The translations under genes and the position numbers were made by a program. Source: Acidimicrobiia bacterium (lineage in GTDB: Bacteria > Actinomycetota > Acidimicrobiia > Spongiisociales > CAZKJJ01). From it: a DNA stretch of 32,211 bases. The notes beneath the pieces are model-generated. The model worked only from the letters and a program-made list of their open reading frames with translations, did not search any database and was not told the origin of the DNA. The stretch covers positions 1 through 32,211 of the forward strand of contig JBHICV010000011.1 in the NCBI GenBank assembly GCA_046759765.1, in the 5' to 3' direction. Shown in pieces: positions 9,457 to 19,095 of the stretch (position 1 is the first letter of the stretch; each line of letters starts with the position of its first letter).

Positions 9457-10197
9457 CTACCTGGTATCTGCTCGGCGGAGAATCGTCGTCGTCACCAATA
9501 CCGATAGACCGGCGATCACCGCAGTCTTGGCGACGGCGCCGCCGACACCGGGCTTGACCGTGCCAAGCAGCTCCAGCGTCTCGCGGCCGAGGTCGGCGAT
9601 CGCGGCATAGGCCGATAGTCCGATTCGCTGGAGCGAGGAGGGGCTAAGGGCGTCAATGAAAGAAGCGAGGACCGCTTCCCACACGAAGATATAGGCGAGC
9701 CCGATCAAGACAGACCACCTGGTCAGGTATCCGAGTGGGACGAAGGCGGCCGCGTAAAGCACCACGTTGATCGCCAGCGCGGCGAGGACGGGGAGCGCGA
9801 TGTCCCAGGAGCCGGTCACCTGTCCGGAGACCACCCAGCCGACTCCCCAACCGATCAGGCCGACCGCGCCGGCCGCGGTTACGGCCGCCGCGGTGGCGGC
9901 GACCACGACCACCCACCGTCGGACGGGCTTTAGATACAGGTAAGGCATCGTATTTTCTCGGCGTTCGTCCCCGAGCGCCGAACTCGCGAGCAGCAGCGCC
10001 ACGAGTGGCAGCACCATCGTCAGATACAGCTGTACCGTCACCTGCTGGTAGGCAAGGGCGTCGGAGTCGAAGAAGCCGCGATCGACCACCAAGAGCAGGA
10101 ACCCAGGAAGGGCGGCCAGGACCCCGAAGCCGACCAGCCTCCGCGGCCGCAGGAGGCGCCTCACGAGCAGCCCGTAAATGGGTCCGAACCCCGTCAC
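9457..10197 (-). CDS. ABC-2 type exporter permease
   Basis: Multiple TM segments, LGDERRENTMPYLYLKPVRR motif, overlaps the ATPase gene. Confidence 0.85.
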   Translation of the reverse strand: MTGFGPIYGLLVRRLLRPRRLVGFGVLAALPGFLLLVVDRGFFDSDALAYQQVTVQLYLTMVLPLVALLLASSALGDERRENTMPYLYLKPVRRWVVVVAATAAAVTAAGAVGLIGWGVGWVVSGQVTGSWDIALPVLAALAINVVLYAAAFVPLGYLTRWSVLIGLAYIFVWEAVLASFIDALSPSSLQRIGLSAYAAIADLGRETLELLGTVKPGVGGAVAKTAVIAGLSVLVTTTILRRADTR

Positions 10198-11135
10198 TTC
10201 GGCTCCACCAAGTAGCGGAAGACGCTCTCGAGCGACTCATCTTGCGGCTCGACCCGCGTGAGGACCGCGTCGTGCTCGCGGGCAATTCGCGGGAGAGCCA
10301 CGGCCAGGGATCTCACATCCGTGCTCTGGATGTGGAGCGTCCCGTCGGTCACCGTGAGCCCTACCACGGACGGCTCGCGCAGGAGTGCAGATCCGAGCTC
10401 CCGCGGCGGATGGGCATCAACGCGCACCAGTCGGGGTTTGTCGGACATGGCCGACCGGATCGCTCCAACGTCTCCCGCCGCAACCAGATGACCATCCACC
10501 ATCGCAATCACTCGATCCGCCATGCGTTCGACCTCAGCCAGCACGTGAGACGAAACGATGACTGTCCTGCCTTCAGCGCCGAGGCGCGAGAACAGATCGA
10601 TGAGGCGGGCGCGCTGCCTGGGGTCCGTCCCGTTGAGCGGCTCGTCCAAGAACAAAACTGACGGCTGATGCACCAAGGCGGCCGCTACTTTGGCTCGCTG
10701 TCGCATCCCGCGGGAGAACTCGCGCAGACGTCGGTCGGAGTCGGCCTTCAACTCAACGGTCAATATCGCCTCCCGAGCCACATCGGCCGGCCGGTCGACA
10801 CCGCTGAGCCGAGCGTTCAACGCCACGAACTCCCACAGAGTCAAATCCTTGTAGACGGCCTCGTCTTCGAGGACGAGAGCCGTAGATCGGTAGACCGAAA
10901 CGTCGGCACGCGGGTCCTGACCAAGCACGCGGACTTCACCCTGAGAGGGAACCGCCAGGCCGGTGAGCACTCGCAGCAGAGTGGTCTTACCCGCGCCGTT
11001 GGGGCCGAGCAACCCCGTTACACCCGGTCCGAAGGAGCAAGTGACCTCCGACACCGCCACCTTCTGTCCGAACCACTTGGAGACCGAACGGGCTTCGACC
11101 GTGGCGTCGGAAACGTGGAGCGCGGCGTCCGTCAT
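10194..11135 (-). CDS. ABC transporter ATP-binding protein
   Basis: Walker A GPNGAGKTT, signature FSRGMRQR, Walker B LFLDEP, SSH switch. Confidence 0.93.
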   Translation of the reverse strand: MTDAALHVSDATVEARSVSKWFGQKVAVSEVTCSFGPGVTGLLGPNGAGKTTLLRVLTGLAVPSQGEVRVLGQDPRADVSVYRSTALVLEDEAVYKDLTLWEFVALNARLSGVDRPADVAREAILTVELKADSDRRLREFSRGMRQRAKVAAALVHQPSVLFLDEPLNGTDPRQRARLIDLFSRLGAEGRTVIVSSHVLAEVERMADRVIAMVDGHLVAAGDVGAIRSAMSDKPRLVRVDAHPPRELGSALLREPSVVGLTVTDGTLHIQSTDVRSLAVALPRIAREHDAVLTRVEPQDESLESVFRYLVEPK

Positions 11136-12019
11136 GCGATCCGCCGGTAACGAAGCCAGACGACCGTCCAGGAGGCGAGCACGATAATTGCCGCCGCGAC
11201 CAGCGAGTGCCAGGGCTCGAACCCCACTGCAATGGGCGTGTAGTCGACGGTGGTGATATCGAATACCCAGTCCCTGACGATGCGTGGATGGCGCTCGACC
11301 GCCAGAAAGGCAAAGTACCGCGCACCGGGAAAGTCGGCGCGTGCGATAACAGCAGTGAGCTGGTTGAGAATCAATGCTCCACCGAGAAAGACCCCGGCGG
11401 CAAAACCCCTCCGGGGGATGACAGCCGCCACCGCCATGGCGAGTGAGGCATGAACGGCGACGTAAACCGAGGCTACAAACGCGACCTTCCAGAGGACGCC
11501 GGCGTTGTCCACCAGGTACCGGAGAAACCCATCGTCTGACAGACTGGCCAAGCCCAGGTGAAGTGTCAGCTGGGGGATCAGGTAGGCGCTGAACACCAAG
11601 ACTGCGATTGAGGCCGCCTTGGCCCCCAGATAGTCGGTCACCCGCAGCGGACGGGAGAAGTAGACGGAGAGCACGCCTTGGGCGCGGTCGGGGATGAGCA
11701 GCTCGGGGGCCGCCAGGGCAATGAAGAGCAACCAGATCAGTCCGAGGAAGTCGAAGAATTCGCCGTACGTCGGTAGCTCGAGGTCTATGCCGCCACCGAG
11801 CGCCACGCTGGCCGCGTAGTGCAGCGCGAGAAAAATAGCCGCGCCGCCGAACGTCACCGCGATCAGCGACCAGGGGAAGATCTTGCGGCGCGCTTTCCGC
11901 CTCAGTCCGAGGGTACGACGAACCCCATCCCAGACGATCGCCCGCATCGCACCCTTGCGGCCCAGGCGCGGGCCGTCGTAGTGCCGGTACCCTCGCTCGA
12001 GGATTACCGCGTCAGACAT
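11132..12019 (-). CDS. ABC-2 type exporter permease
   Basis: Hydrophobic TM segments, DRAQGVLSVYFSRPL..DYLGAK motif, located between two ATPase genes. Confidence 0.85.
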   Translation of the reverse strand: MSDAVILERGYRHYDGPRLGRKGAMRAIVWDGVRRTLGLRRKARRKIFPWSLIAVTFGGAAIFLALHYAASVALGGGIDLELPTYGEFFDFLGLIWLLFIALAAPELLIPDRAQGVLSVYFSRPLRVTDYLGAKAASIAVLVFSAYLIPQLTLHLGLASLSDDGFLRYLVDNAGVLWKVAFVASVYVAVHASLAMAVAAVIPRRGFAAGVFLGGALILNQLTAVIARADFPGARYFAFLAVERHPRIVRDWVFDITTVDYTPIAVGFEPWHSLVAAAIIVLASWTVVWLRYRRIA

Positions 12020-12920
12020 CCGCTCCCTCCGAGAGAAAGACGTCCTCGAGCGTCACCGGGGTGGTACCGAGGCGAAGTAGCCCCGTTTCAGCCTCCGCCA
12101 CGGCATCGCGAATCAGGCGGTACACGTCGCCTGCGGCCGTCCGCACCTCGAGTTGGTCGTGTTCGACTGCGACGTCGGCGCCGCGCGCTCGAAGGAGCTC
12201 GGCGACCCTCTCACCTCGACCGGTGACCCGGACATGCACGCCGTCGGAGCTCCCCAGGTCGCCGAGGGGCGCCGACCGTATGAGGCGTCCCCCGTCCAGC
12301 ATCACGACCCAGTCACAGGTCTCTTCGATGTCGGTCAGGATGTGAGAAGAGAAAAGGACGTTGACGCCATAATCGGAGAGACGGGCGATTAGCTCGAGCA
12401 TCTGGCGCCGGCCCTCGGGATCGAGCCCGGAGGCAGGCTCGTCCAAGAGCACGAGCTCGGGATCGTGAACAACCGCTTGGGCCAGTTTCACGCGTTGACG
12501 CATTCCGACCGAGAAGTCGGACAGATAGCGGAACCGTTCCTCGTGGAGACCGACAAGGAATAGCGTCTCCGACGAGCGCCGCTTCGCCGCCGCGGGCGGA
12601 AGGCCGGCCAGCGAGGCCGCGTAGGCGACGAAGTCCGCCGCGGTCTGGTCATTGGGGAGGCACTCGTCCTCCGGCATGTATCCGACCCTGCTTCGAACTC
12701 CCATCGGATCCTCGGCAACGTGGCTTCCGAGAACTCGGACCGTGCCGGCGGTGGGGTGAAGTAGCCCGAGCAGGATTCGGATCAGGGTGGTCTTGCCGGC
12801 TCCGTTGGCCCCGACCAGACCGGTCACTCCCGGTGGGATATCGACGTCGAGACGGTCCAGAGCCAGCACAGAGCCGTAGTCGTGACTGAGCTTTTCTGCC
12901 GAAATGATCGATTCGGGCAT
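12012..12920 (-). CDS. ABC transporter ATP-binding protein
   Basis: GANGAGKTT, FSVGMRQR, LLDEPASGLDP, SSH. Confidence 0.93.
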   Translation of the reverse strand: MPESIISAEKLSHDYGSVLALDRLDVDIPPGVTGLVGANGAGKTTLIRILLGLLHPTAGTVRVLGSHVAEDPMGVRSRVGYMPEDECLPNDQTAADFVAYAASLAGLPPAAAKRRSSETLFLVGLHEERFRYLSDFSVGMRQRVKLAQAVVHDPELVLLDEPASGLDPEGRRQMLELIARLSDYGVNVLFSSHILTDIEETCDWVVMLDGGRLIRSAPLGDLGSSDGVHVRVTGRGERVAELLRARGADVAVEHDQLEVRTAAGDVYRLIRDAVAEAETGLLRLGTTPVTLEDVFLSEGADV

Positions 12921-12958
12921 CGGAGCGTCAAGCTAGCCGTGTGCCGTCCGAACGAGTT

Positions 12959-13189
12959 TCAGGCGGAGGCGGCCTCCGAGTCGACCTCCGGGGGCTTCTT
13001 ACCCATTTTGGCAACGGAACCCTTCTCAGGTTCCGGGATCTTCCTGGCCTTTCGAATCAGCGCCAGACCACCGATTACAACCGGGAAGCCCGGCAGCACC
13101 GGAACGGGCATGAGTATGAGGCCGGCGACCACCATGGCGCTTCCGGCAATCGTGAGCGTGGTTCTCCGCCCTAGACCAGTCAGCTGCAC
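12959..13189 (-). CDS. Small membrane protein (PGPGW-like helical hairpin)
   Basis: Fills the intergenic gap; GAAGGGG SD before the GTG; two hydrophobic segments separated by PVPVLPG. Confidence 0.6.
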   Translation of the reverse strand: MQLTGLGRRTTLTIAGSAMVVAGLILMPVPVLPGFPVVIGGLALIRKARKIPEPEKGSVAKMGKKPPEVDSEAASA

Positions 13190-13249
13190 TGCCCCTTCGC
13201 TAGTCCCCCTATGTCTAGCGGAAAATCGCAGTAAGAAAAGACCGACTCG

Positions 13250-14881
13250 TCAGTCCTCTCCTAACTCCGCCTTGGCGAATAGCCGGTCGATCTCGTCGAT
13301 CTGAGCGCCGGGCGTGAGCTCGGGTCGTTTCCACCCACCCAGGCCTCCGTCGCTGAGAAGCTCGGATACCCGAGCCGAGGAGAACGGCAGATACGGAGCG
13401 AACGCGACTGCCAGCCCCGAGATGGCGCTCAGTGCCGTGTTGAGCGTCGTACCAGTGCGGTCGGGGTCATCGGTGCCTGTCTTCCACGGTTCCGTGCGAT
13501 TCAGGTAGATGTTGACCTGCTGGGCCGCCTGCATGGCCGCGCGCAGACCAGCCCGCAACTCCACCGCCTCGATTTGGCGACCCACCTCGCCCAACGCGGC
13601 GTCCACCTTCGCCAACAGCTCCTGGTCCACGGATGCCGGGTCTGCGGTCGGAATCTTGCCGCCGAAGTTCTGATGAGTAAGCGCCACCACCCTGTTGACC
13701 AGGTTGCCCCAGGTCGCAACGAGCTCCTCGTTGATTCTTCGGACCAGCTCGGCCTCGGTCAGGTCGGTGTCGTTGTGCTCAGGAAGGTTCGCCGCCAGCG
13801 CATACCGGATGGCGTCGGCCTCGAGATGTTCGGTGTACCAACCGATCGGTCTCCCCACCCCGCGACTGGCGGAGCCTTTGGCGCCCGAAAAGGTGACGAA
13901 CTGGTTGGCCGGTACATTGGTCGGCAGGTTCAGGCCGCCGTACCCCATCAGCATCGCCGGCCAGATGATCGTGTGGAAGGGAATGTTGTCCTTCCCGACG
14001 AAGTAATAGCTCACCGCCTCGGGGTCTTCCCACCAGGCCCTCCAGGCCTCCCGGTCTCCCTGCCTCTGTGCCCACTCCTTCGATGCGGATAGGTATCCGA
14101 TCACCGCTTCGAACCACACATAGATTCTCTTGCCGGGACCAAGGTCGTCGACCGGAACGGGCACCCCCCAGGTGAGATCGCGGGTGATGGCTCGGTCGAT
14201 GAGGCCTTCCTCGACGAAGCCGATGGCCCAGTTCTGAACGTGCTTCCTCCACCCCTCGCGGCTCTTCAGCCACTCGAGCAGCTGGTCTTGGAACGCCGAC
14301 AGCCGGAGGAAATAATGCTCTGTCTCCCGCATCTCCGGTGTGGCCCCTGTGATCCGACTCTTCGGGTTGATCAAGTCCTCGGGGTCCAGAGTGCGTCCGC
14401 AATTCTCGCACTGATCACCCCGGGCAGCCTCGTAGCCGCAATGAGGGCACTTGCCCTCAACATAACGGTCGGGCAGGAACCGATCGGCTTCCGGGTCATA
14501 GAACTGCTGGCTGCTGCCCTGGGTGATGTACCCACGATCCTTCAAACGCAGGAACAGATCCCACGTCACCTCGCGGTGGTTGTCTGTGCCGGTCGCGGTA
14601 TACAGATTCCAGGAGATTCCCAAGTCGTCCCACTGGTCGAGAAACTCCTGGTGGTAACGGTCGACGATGACTTGAGGGTCGACGCCCTCCTGGTCGGCGC
14701 GCACCGTGATCGGGGTTCCGTGAACGTCGCTTCCGGAAACCATCAAGACCTCGTCGCCCTGGGTGCGGTGATAGCGGGCGAAGATGTCAGCCGGCAGGTA
14801 GGCGCCCGCGAGGTGGCCCAGGTGACGAGAGCCGCTGGCGTACGGCCACCCCACAGCAACGAGGACGTGTTTGGGTGACAT
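13250..14881 (-). CDS. metG: Methionine--tRNA ligase
   Basis: PYASG..HLGH, GSDVHGTPI, Zn knuckle CPHC/CENC, YVWFEA, GKDNIPFH, WGNLVNR. Confidence 0.96.
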   Translation of the reverse strand: MSPKHVLVAVGWPYASGSRHLGHLAGAYLPADIFARYHRTQGDEVLMVSGSDVHGTPITVRADQEGVDPQVIVDRYHQEFLDQWDDLGISWNLYTATGTDNHREVTWDLFLRLKDRGYITQGSSQQFYDPEADRFLPDRYVEGKCPHCGYEAARGDQCENCGRTLDPEDLINPKSRITGATPEMRETEHYFLRLSAFQDQLLEWLKSREGWRKHVQNWAIGFVEEGLIDRAITRDLTWGVPVPVDDLGPGKRIYVWFEAVIGYLSASKEWAQRQGDREAWRAWWEDPEAVSYYFVGKDNIPFHTIIWPAMLMGYGGLNLPTNVPANQFVTFSGAKGSASRGVGRPIGWYTEHLEADAIRYALAANLPEHNDTDLTEAELVRRINEELVATWGNLVNRVVALTHQNFGGKIPTADPASVDQELLAKVDAALGEVGRQIEAVELRAGLRAAMQAAQQVNIYLNRTEPWKTGTDDPDRTGTTLNTALSAISGLAVAFAPYLPFSSARVSELLSDGGLGGWKRPELTPGAQIDEIDRLFAKAELGED

Positions 14882-14972
14882 AGTCGGGTGAGGGTACTAG
14901 TCGTCGAGTGTCGTACCGGATGGATTTACGCTTTCGACTCGCTGTCGAAAGGGTCCCTTTTAGCCTCGGACT

Positions 14973-15653
14973 GTGGAGACTGCGGTTGCGTTTCTCGCGG
15001 CGGCCGGGGCGACGGGTTTCGCGTTCGATCTAGGTCGTGACGCCGTCCGCCGTGCTCGTCCACACGTAGTGGCCTACGCCATCGGCATGGCCATGTTCGC
15101 CATCGCCACGTGGGCCTTGGCATTGGCCTTGGCGTGGGGATGGTCCGAGCTGCTGTACAAGATCTTCTTTCTGTTCGGCGCGGTGCTGAACATCCTCTAC
15201 CTGGCGCTCGGCTCCTTCTACCTGGTGATCGGCCCCCGGACCGGCAGGGTCTTTCAGGGTTTCCTGGCCGTGTTCACCGCCATGGCGGTGATCGTGATCA
15301 TCTCGGCGACGGTCGTGTTCCTGCCGCAGGAAGGGATACCGAGTTCCAGGGACAGCTTTGAGATTGGCCTGCCCTTCATTTTCGCCTTGCTGGGAGGAAT
15401 CGTCGGTACCACCGTCTTGGTCGCGCTCGGCATCGTGAGCATCTTTCGATTCCGCAAAACCAACCCGCGCCTCGTATGGGCGAACGTCCTCATTGTTACC
15501 GGAGTAGCTGCGGCCGCCTCCAGAGGCACTGTCCTGGCTTTTGTTGGCGAGGGTGGAGGGTTCGCTATCTCGCTTCTGGCGGCTGTCATCCTGATTTGGT
15601 GGGGCTACCGGGTTGCATCCGGAGCTCGCCGCCCGGTTTCGGCGGATAGCTGA
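14973..15653 (+). CDS. Hypothetical multi-pass membrane protein (about 6-7 TM)
   Basis: 226-aa hydrophobic ORF; TAGCCT -10-like hexamer 6 nt before the GTG. Confidence 0.78.
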   Translation: METAVAFLAAAGATGFAFDLGRDAVRRARPHVVAYAIGMAMFAIATWALALALAWGWSELLYKIFFLFGAVLNILYLALGSFYLVIGPRTGRVFQGFLAVFTAMAVIVIISATVVFLPQEGIPSSRDSFEIGLPFIFALLGGIVGTTVLVALGIVSIFRFRKTNPRLVWANVLIVTGVAAAASRGTVLAFVGEGGGFAISLLAAVILIWWGYRVASGARRPVSADS

Positions 15654-15695
15654 GCGACGATCTCTTAGCGAGCCGGTAGGTTGTCCCGTCTGGTT

Positions 15696-16712
15696 ATGAC
15701 TCGATTCATCACGATTTCCGAGGACCCGCCGAATCGCGAGGTTCCGTTGAGCTCACTGGCCGTGGGCACGAGCTCCCCGTTCTACGTGCGATCCATCTTT
15801 CCCATCCCTCAGTTAGATGCGGACATCTGGAGCTTGACCGTGGGGGGCGCGGTTGACCGTCCCGTTTCCCTGTCCCTCGCCGAGCTTCGCTCCCTGCCGT
15901 TCACCGAGCAGGTGGTCACGCTCGAGTGCGCGGGCAATGGCCGGTCGCTCATGGATCCGGTGCCGGAAGGAGTCCCTTGGGGCCTGGGCGCGGTCAGCAC
16001 CGCCCGGTTTGGCGGTACCCGTCTGGAAGCAGTTCTCGAGCAAGTGGAGCCGTCGGCCGCTGCCGAGGATTACGTCTTCACCGGCGCGGATCGGGGCAAC
16101 GTCCATCCGGATGGAGACATCATCTACGCCTTCAGGCTGGCGGCCTCACAGACCGACCGGGCGCTGCTGGTGTGGGAGATGAACGGAAACCCGCTGCCGG
16201 CAGAGCACGGCTATCCCGTGCGGTTGCTGGTCCCCGGTCACTACGGCATGCAGTCGGTGAAGTGGCTTACGTCTATCACCGCACTGGAGTCGCGCTTCGA
16301 GGGGCATTTCCCTCGCAAATACCGCTACTTCGGTGACCCGACGGCCGAGGAGGGTGAGCCGGTCGGTCCCATACGAGTTCGTTCAGTCATCACCGAGCCG
16401 GCGAGCGGGGCCGAGCTGCCTCTGGGCCCGGTGACAGTCCGCGGGCTGGCGTGGTCCGGCCAAGGGTCCATCGCCAGCGTCGAGGTGGGGACCGGGCCCC
16501 AATCGAGACACGCAGCTCGCATGGGGGAGCCAGAAGGACCCTATGCCGCCCTGTCATGGGAGTGGACCTTCGACCCTCCGAGTCGTGGCGTATTCCGACT
16601 CTCAGCCAAGGCTTCCGACGCCGCCGGCCATGTCCAGCCGGAGGATCCCATTTGGAACCGTCATGGCTATGGCAACAACTTCGTCCACGAGATCGAGATC
16701 ACCATTGTCTAG
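15696..16712 (+). CDS. Sulfite oxidase family molybdopterin oxidoreductase (no Tat signal or heme domain seen)
   Basis: FYVR, TLECAGNGR (Mo-ligand Cys), MNGNPLPAEHGYPVRLLVPGHYGMQSVKWL, C-terminal dimerisation domain WNRHGYGNN; start uncertain (15681 or 15696). Confidence 0.88.
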   Translation: MTRFITISEDPPNREVPLSSLAVGTSSPFYVRSIFPIPQLDADIWSLTVGGAVDRPVSLSLAELRSLPFTEQVVTLECAGNGRSLMDPVPEGVPWGLGAVSTARFGGTRLEAVLEQVEPSAAAEDYVFTGADRGNVHPDGDIIYAFRLAASQTDRALLVWEMNGNPLPAEHGYPVRLLVPGHYGMQSVKWLTSITALESRFEGHFPRKYRYFGDPTAEEGEPVGPIRVRSVITEPASGAELPLGPVTVRGLAWSGQGSIASVEVGTGPQSRHAARMGEPEGPYAALSWEWTFDPPSRGVFRLSAKASDAAGHVQPEDPIWNRHGYGNNFVHEIEITIV

Positions 16713-16731
16713 GGGTCCTTTGGAGCCCAGC

Positions 16732-17471
16732 TCAGCGCTCGAGCCGGACGACCGCCAGGTATGAGGCCGGGCCGGCCCGGCGATCGGTCAGACGCCAACC
16801 TGAGCCCTCGGCGATAGTGGCCAGCTCCTCTGAAGGAACGAACAGATAGTCGAACCAGAGCGAGGCTACGTTCGTCCAGCGACTGCGTAGCCGCAGCTGT
16901 CCCGGCAGCCGTCCACGCTCACGGTTGACCTGGTGGTAGGCGAGATGTAGGGGGTTGGTGGTTTGAAGCGAATCTAGGCACGTCCCGATGATTTGGGCTC
17001 CGGGTGTGGCCATCGGGCCAATGTGCCCAGGAACTTCGGGGCGTGCTCCGGGCTTGCCAGCAGCCCGTAGTTGTGGCCGCAGAGAAGGAACGTGTCGAAC
17101 GGTTCCGCTTTGACGCCGGCCAGATCGAAGATCGAGCCCTCGAAGGTGTGCTGGACCCCCCGCCGGCTGCAGACCTCGACTGCACCGGGAGAGATGTCGA
17201 GCGCCAACACATCATGGTCCGCTTCCTGAAGGACAAGGGAGTGCCTTCCCGCTCCCGCACCGACGTCCAGTACCCGCCGGCCGGCTCGGTCCGGTACGGA
17301 CTCCTCCAGCGAAGACCAGGGCGCTCCGCCGTCGAAGAAGACGCCGGTGTCGATGACTTCGACCATCCCGTCGTCGCGTTCGATGACGTTCGGTGACTCC
17401 TGCTCCCCATGCTCCAGGTAGTCGAGGAGCGCCAGGCCGAAGGCGTCACCGATGGTCGGTCCGGTCTCCAT
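16732..17471 (-). pseudogene. Class I SAM-dependent methyltransferase split by a 1-nt frameshift near 17014
   Basis: N-terminal part has IERDDG, VLDVGAGAGRHS and LDISPGA. The C-terminal part (ORF 16732-17013; GQLRLR..WFDYLFV..EEL...GW) continues the fold if one base is added to give LARMATPGAQIIG. Confidence 0.75.
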
Positions 17472-17509
17472 AGGGAGATTCAAACAGCTTCACTCGACGC
17501 GGCAGTCGT

Positions 17510-17986
17510 TCAGCTGGTGAGACCTGAACGGTCGGCCTGCGCCGCCAGCTCGGCCAAGCTCTCCTGACGGCCGGGCACCACCCAATCGGGCGCGATCTCG
17601 GCCAGAGGCACCAACACGTGAGGCAGCTCTAAGTCGGGGTCCGGCAGTTTCCAGCCGTCGAAATCGGCTTCGACATCCCCATAGAGCACTATGTCGAGAT
17701 CGATTGGACGGGGCGCGAACCTGTCTTCCGACCGCACCCTCCCCAGCTGAGCCTCGATGCGGCGAAGCTCGGCGCGCAGCTCCTCGGGAGGTAGGGGCGT
17801 TTCCAGGACCACCGCCGCGTTGAGGAATGGCGGTTGGCCTGCTGGACCGACCGGATCGGACCTGTAAACCGCGCTGGTCGCTAACACATCCAATGCCTCG
17901 TGCTGGTCAAGACGTTCAAGCGCAGCTGCCAGGTTCGCCTCGGGCTCGATGTTGCTGCCGAGCAGGATCGCCGCTCGGTTCGTCAC
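17510..17986 (-). CDS. folK: 6-hydroxymethyl-7,8-dihydropterin pyrophosphokinase
   Basis: LGSNI, FLNAAV, IEAQLGRVR, PRPIDLDIVLY, VLVPLAEIAP. Confidence 0.93.
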   Translation of the reverse strand: MTNRAAILLGSNIEPEANLAAALERLDQHEALDVLATSAVYRSDPVGPAGQPPFLNAAVVLETPLPPEELRAELRRIEAQLGRVRSEDRFAPRPIDLDIVLYGDVEADFDGWKLPDPDLELPHVLVPLAEIAPDWVVPGRQESLAELAAQADRSGLTS

Positions 17987-18360
17987 TCGCCCAGCACCTC
18001 GGCTCTGGTCCGGCGGATGGTCACGCCTACCGAGCGGGCGAAGCGAAGCGCGCTCGGCTTCTCGACCGTGAGCTCCACCTGCTCGATCCGGTGGTCGGCC
18101 TCGAAACAGACCCTGCTGAGTTCCTCCGCCAGCCGTTCGACCAGCTGCGGGTCACCTTGCTCGGTGTGGGCGATTATGGCCTTAGAGACCGTGCGATAGT
18201 TGATGGCATCTTCGATCGAGTCGGTATCGGCTGCAGATTTCGTATCTGCCCACATCGTCACGCTGATCAGGATGTCTTGAGGCTTAGTCCGCTCATCCGG
18301 GTTGATGCCGATGACTCCTCGTACCAGGAGGTCCTTGATCAGAATGCGATCTCCGGCCAC
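17983..18360 (-). CDS. folB: Dihydroneopterin aldolase/epimerase family (FolB/FolX)
   Basis: IGINPDER..PQ, INY, LVERLAE, VEKP T-fold motifs; operon context. Confidence 0.85.
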   Translation of the reverse strand: MAGDRILIKDLLVRGVIGINPDERTKPQDILISVTMWADTKSAADTDSIEDAINYRTVSKAIIAHTEQGDPQLVERLAEELSRVCFEADHRIEQVELTVEKPSALRFARSVGVTIRRTRAEVLGE

Positions 18361-18363
18361 TTG

Positions 18364-19095
18364 CTATACGAGTTCCGCGCCGCCGGTGACGCCCAGCACC
18401 TGCCCGGTGACGAAGTCGTTCTCCAGCAGCGCCCGAACGGCCTTCCCTACGGCCTCCGGTGATCCCGGCCGGCGGAGTGGGATGTCCTGTGCCAGCTCCC
18501 GCAGATAGGCGAAGTCCTTGCCCGGCGGCGGGAGGATGGCTCCCAACGCCAGCGCGTTGACTCTCACCCTCGGAGCTAGGGCGGCGGCGGCCACCCTGGT
18601 GAAGCTCGACAACGCCCCTTTCGTGACGTTGTAGGAGAAGTGGTCAGGGTAAGGCCGCTCGATGCGCCAGTCCGAGATGTTCACCACTGAGCCCGTCATG
18701 CCATCGGGCAGTTGGGCGGCGAAAGCCTGGGTGAGAAAGACGGGGGCGTTGAGATTGATGGCAACGGTCGTGTCCCACTGTTCCCGGGTGATCGTCTCGA
18801 TTCGATCCTCGGGAAACACCGCCGCGCTGTTGACGAGGACGCGCAGTGGTCCGATGGCCTCGGATGCCTCGGCGACCACCTGTTCGGCCACGCCTGCAAT
18901 AGACAGATCCCCTTGATGGAGTGACATCGTCACTCCACGCTCCTCCAGCTCGGAAGCCGTCTGCTTGGCGGCATCGACCGAGGTCCCGTAATGAAGCCCA
19001 ACGCGGCAACGCGCGTCAGCGAGCTCGAGGACAATGGCGCGGCCCACGCGGTGAGCGCCTCCGGTCACCAGTGCGCAGAACCCTTCAAGGTCCAC
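18364..19095 (-). CDS. Short-chain dehydrogenase, pteridine reductase/FolM-like
   Basis: TGGAHRVG (Arg typical of pteridine reductases), VNSAA, NISD, YNVTK; GTG start at 19095 overlaps the folE stop (TAGTG). Confidence 0.82.
   Translation of the reverse strand: MDLEGFCALVTGGAHRVGRAIVLELADARCRVGLHYGTSVDAAKQTASELEERGVTMSLHQGDLSIAGVAEQVVAEASEAIGPLRVLVNSAAVFPEDRIETITREQWDTTVAINLNAPVFLTQAFAAQLPDGMTGSVVNISDWRIERPYPDHFSYNVTKGALSSFTRVAAAALAPRVRVNALALGAILPPPGKDFAYLRELAQDIPLRRPGSPEAVGKAVRALLENDFVTGQVLGVTGGAELV

Noticed and set aside
14882..14972. T-box or SAM riboswitch upstream of metG
   Set aside because: The region is only 91 bp, is shared with a divergent gene, shows no recognisable riboswitch motifs, and has a -10-like hexamer 9 nt from the metG start.
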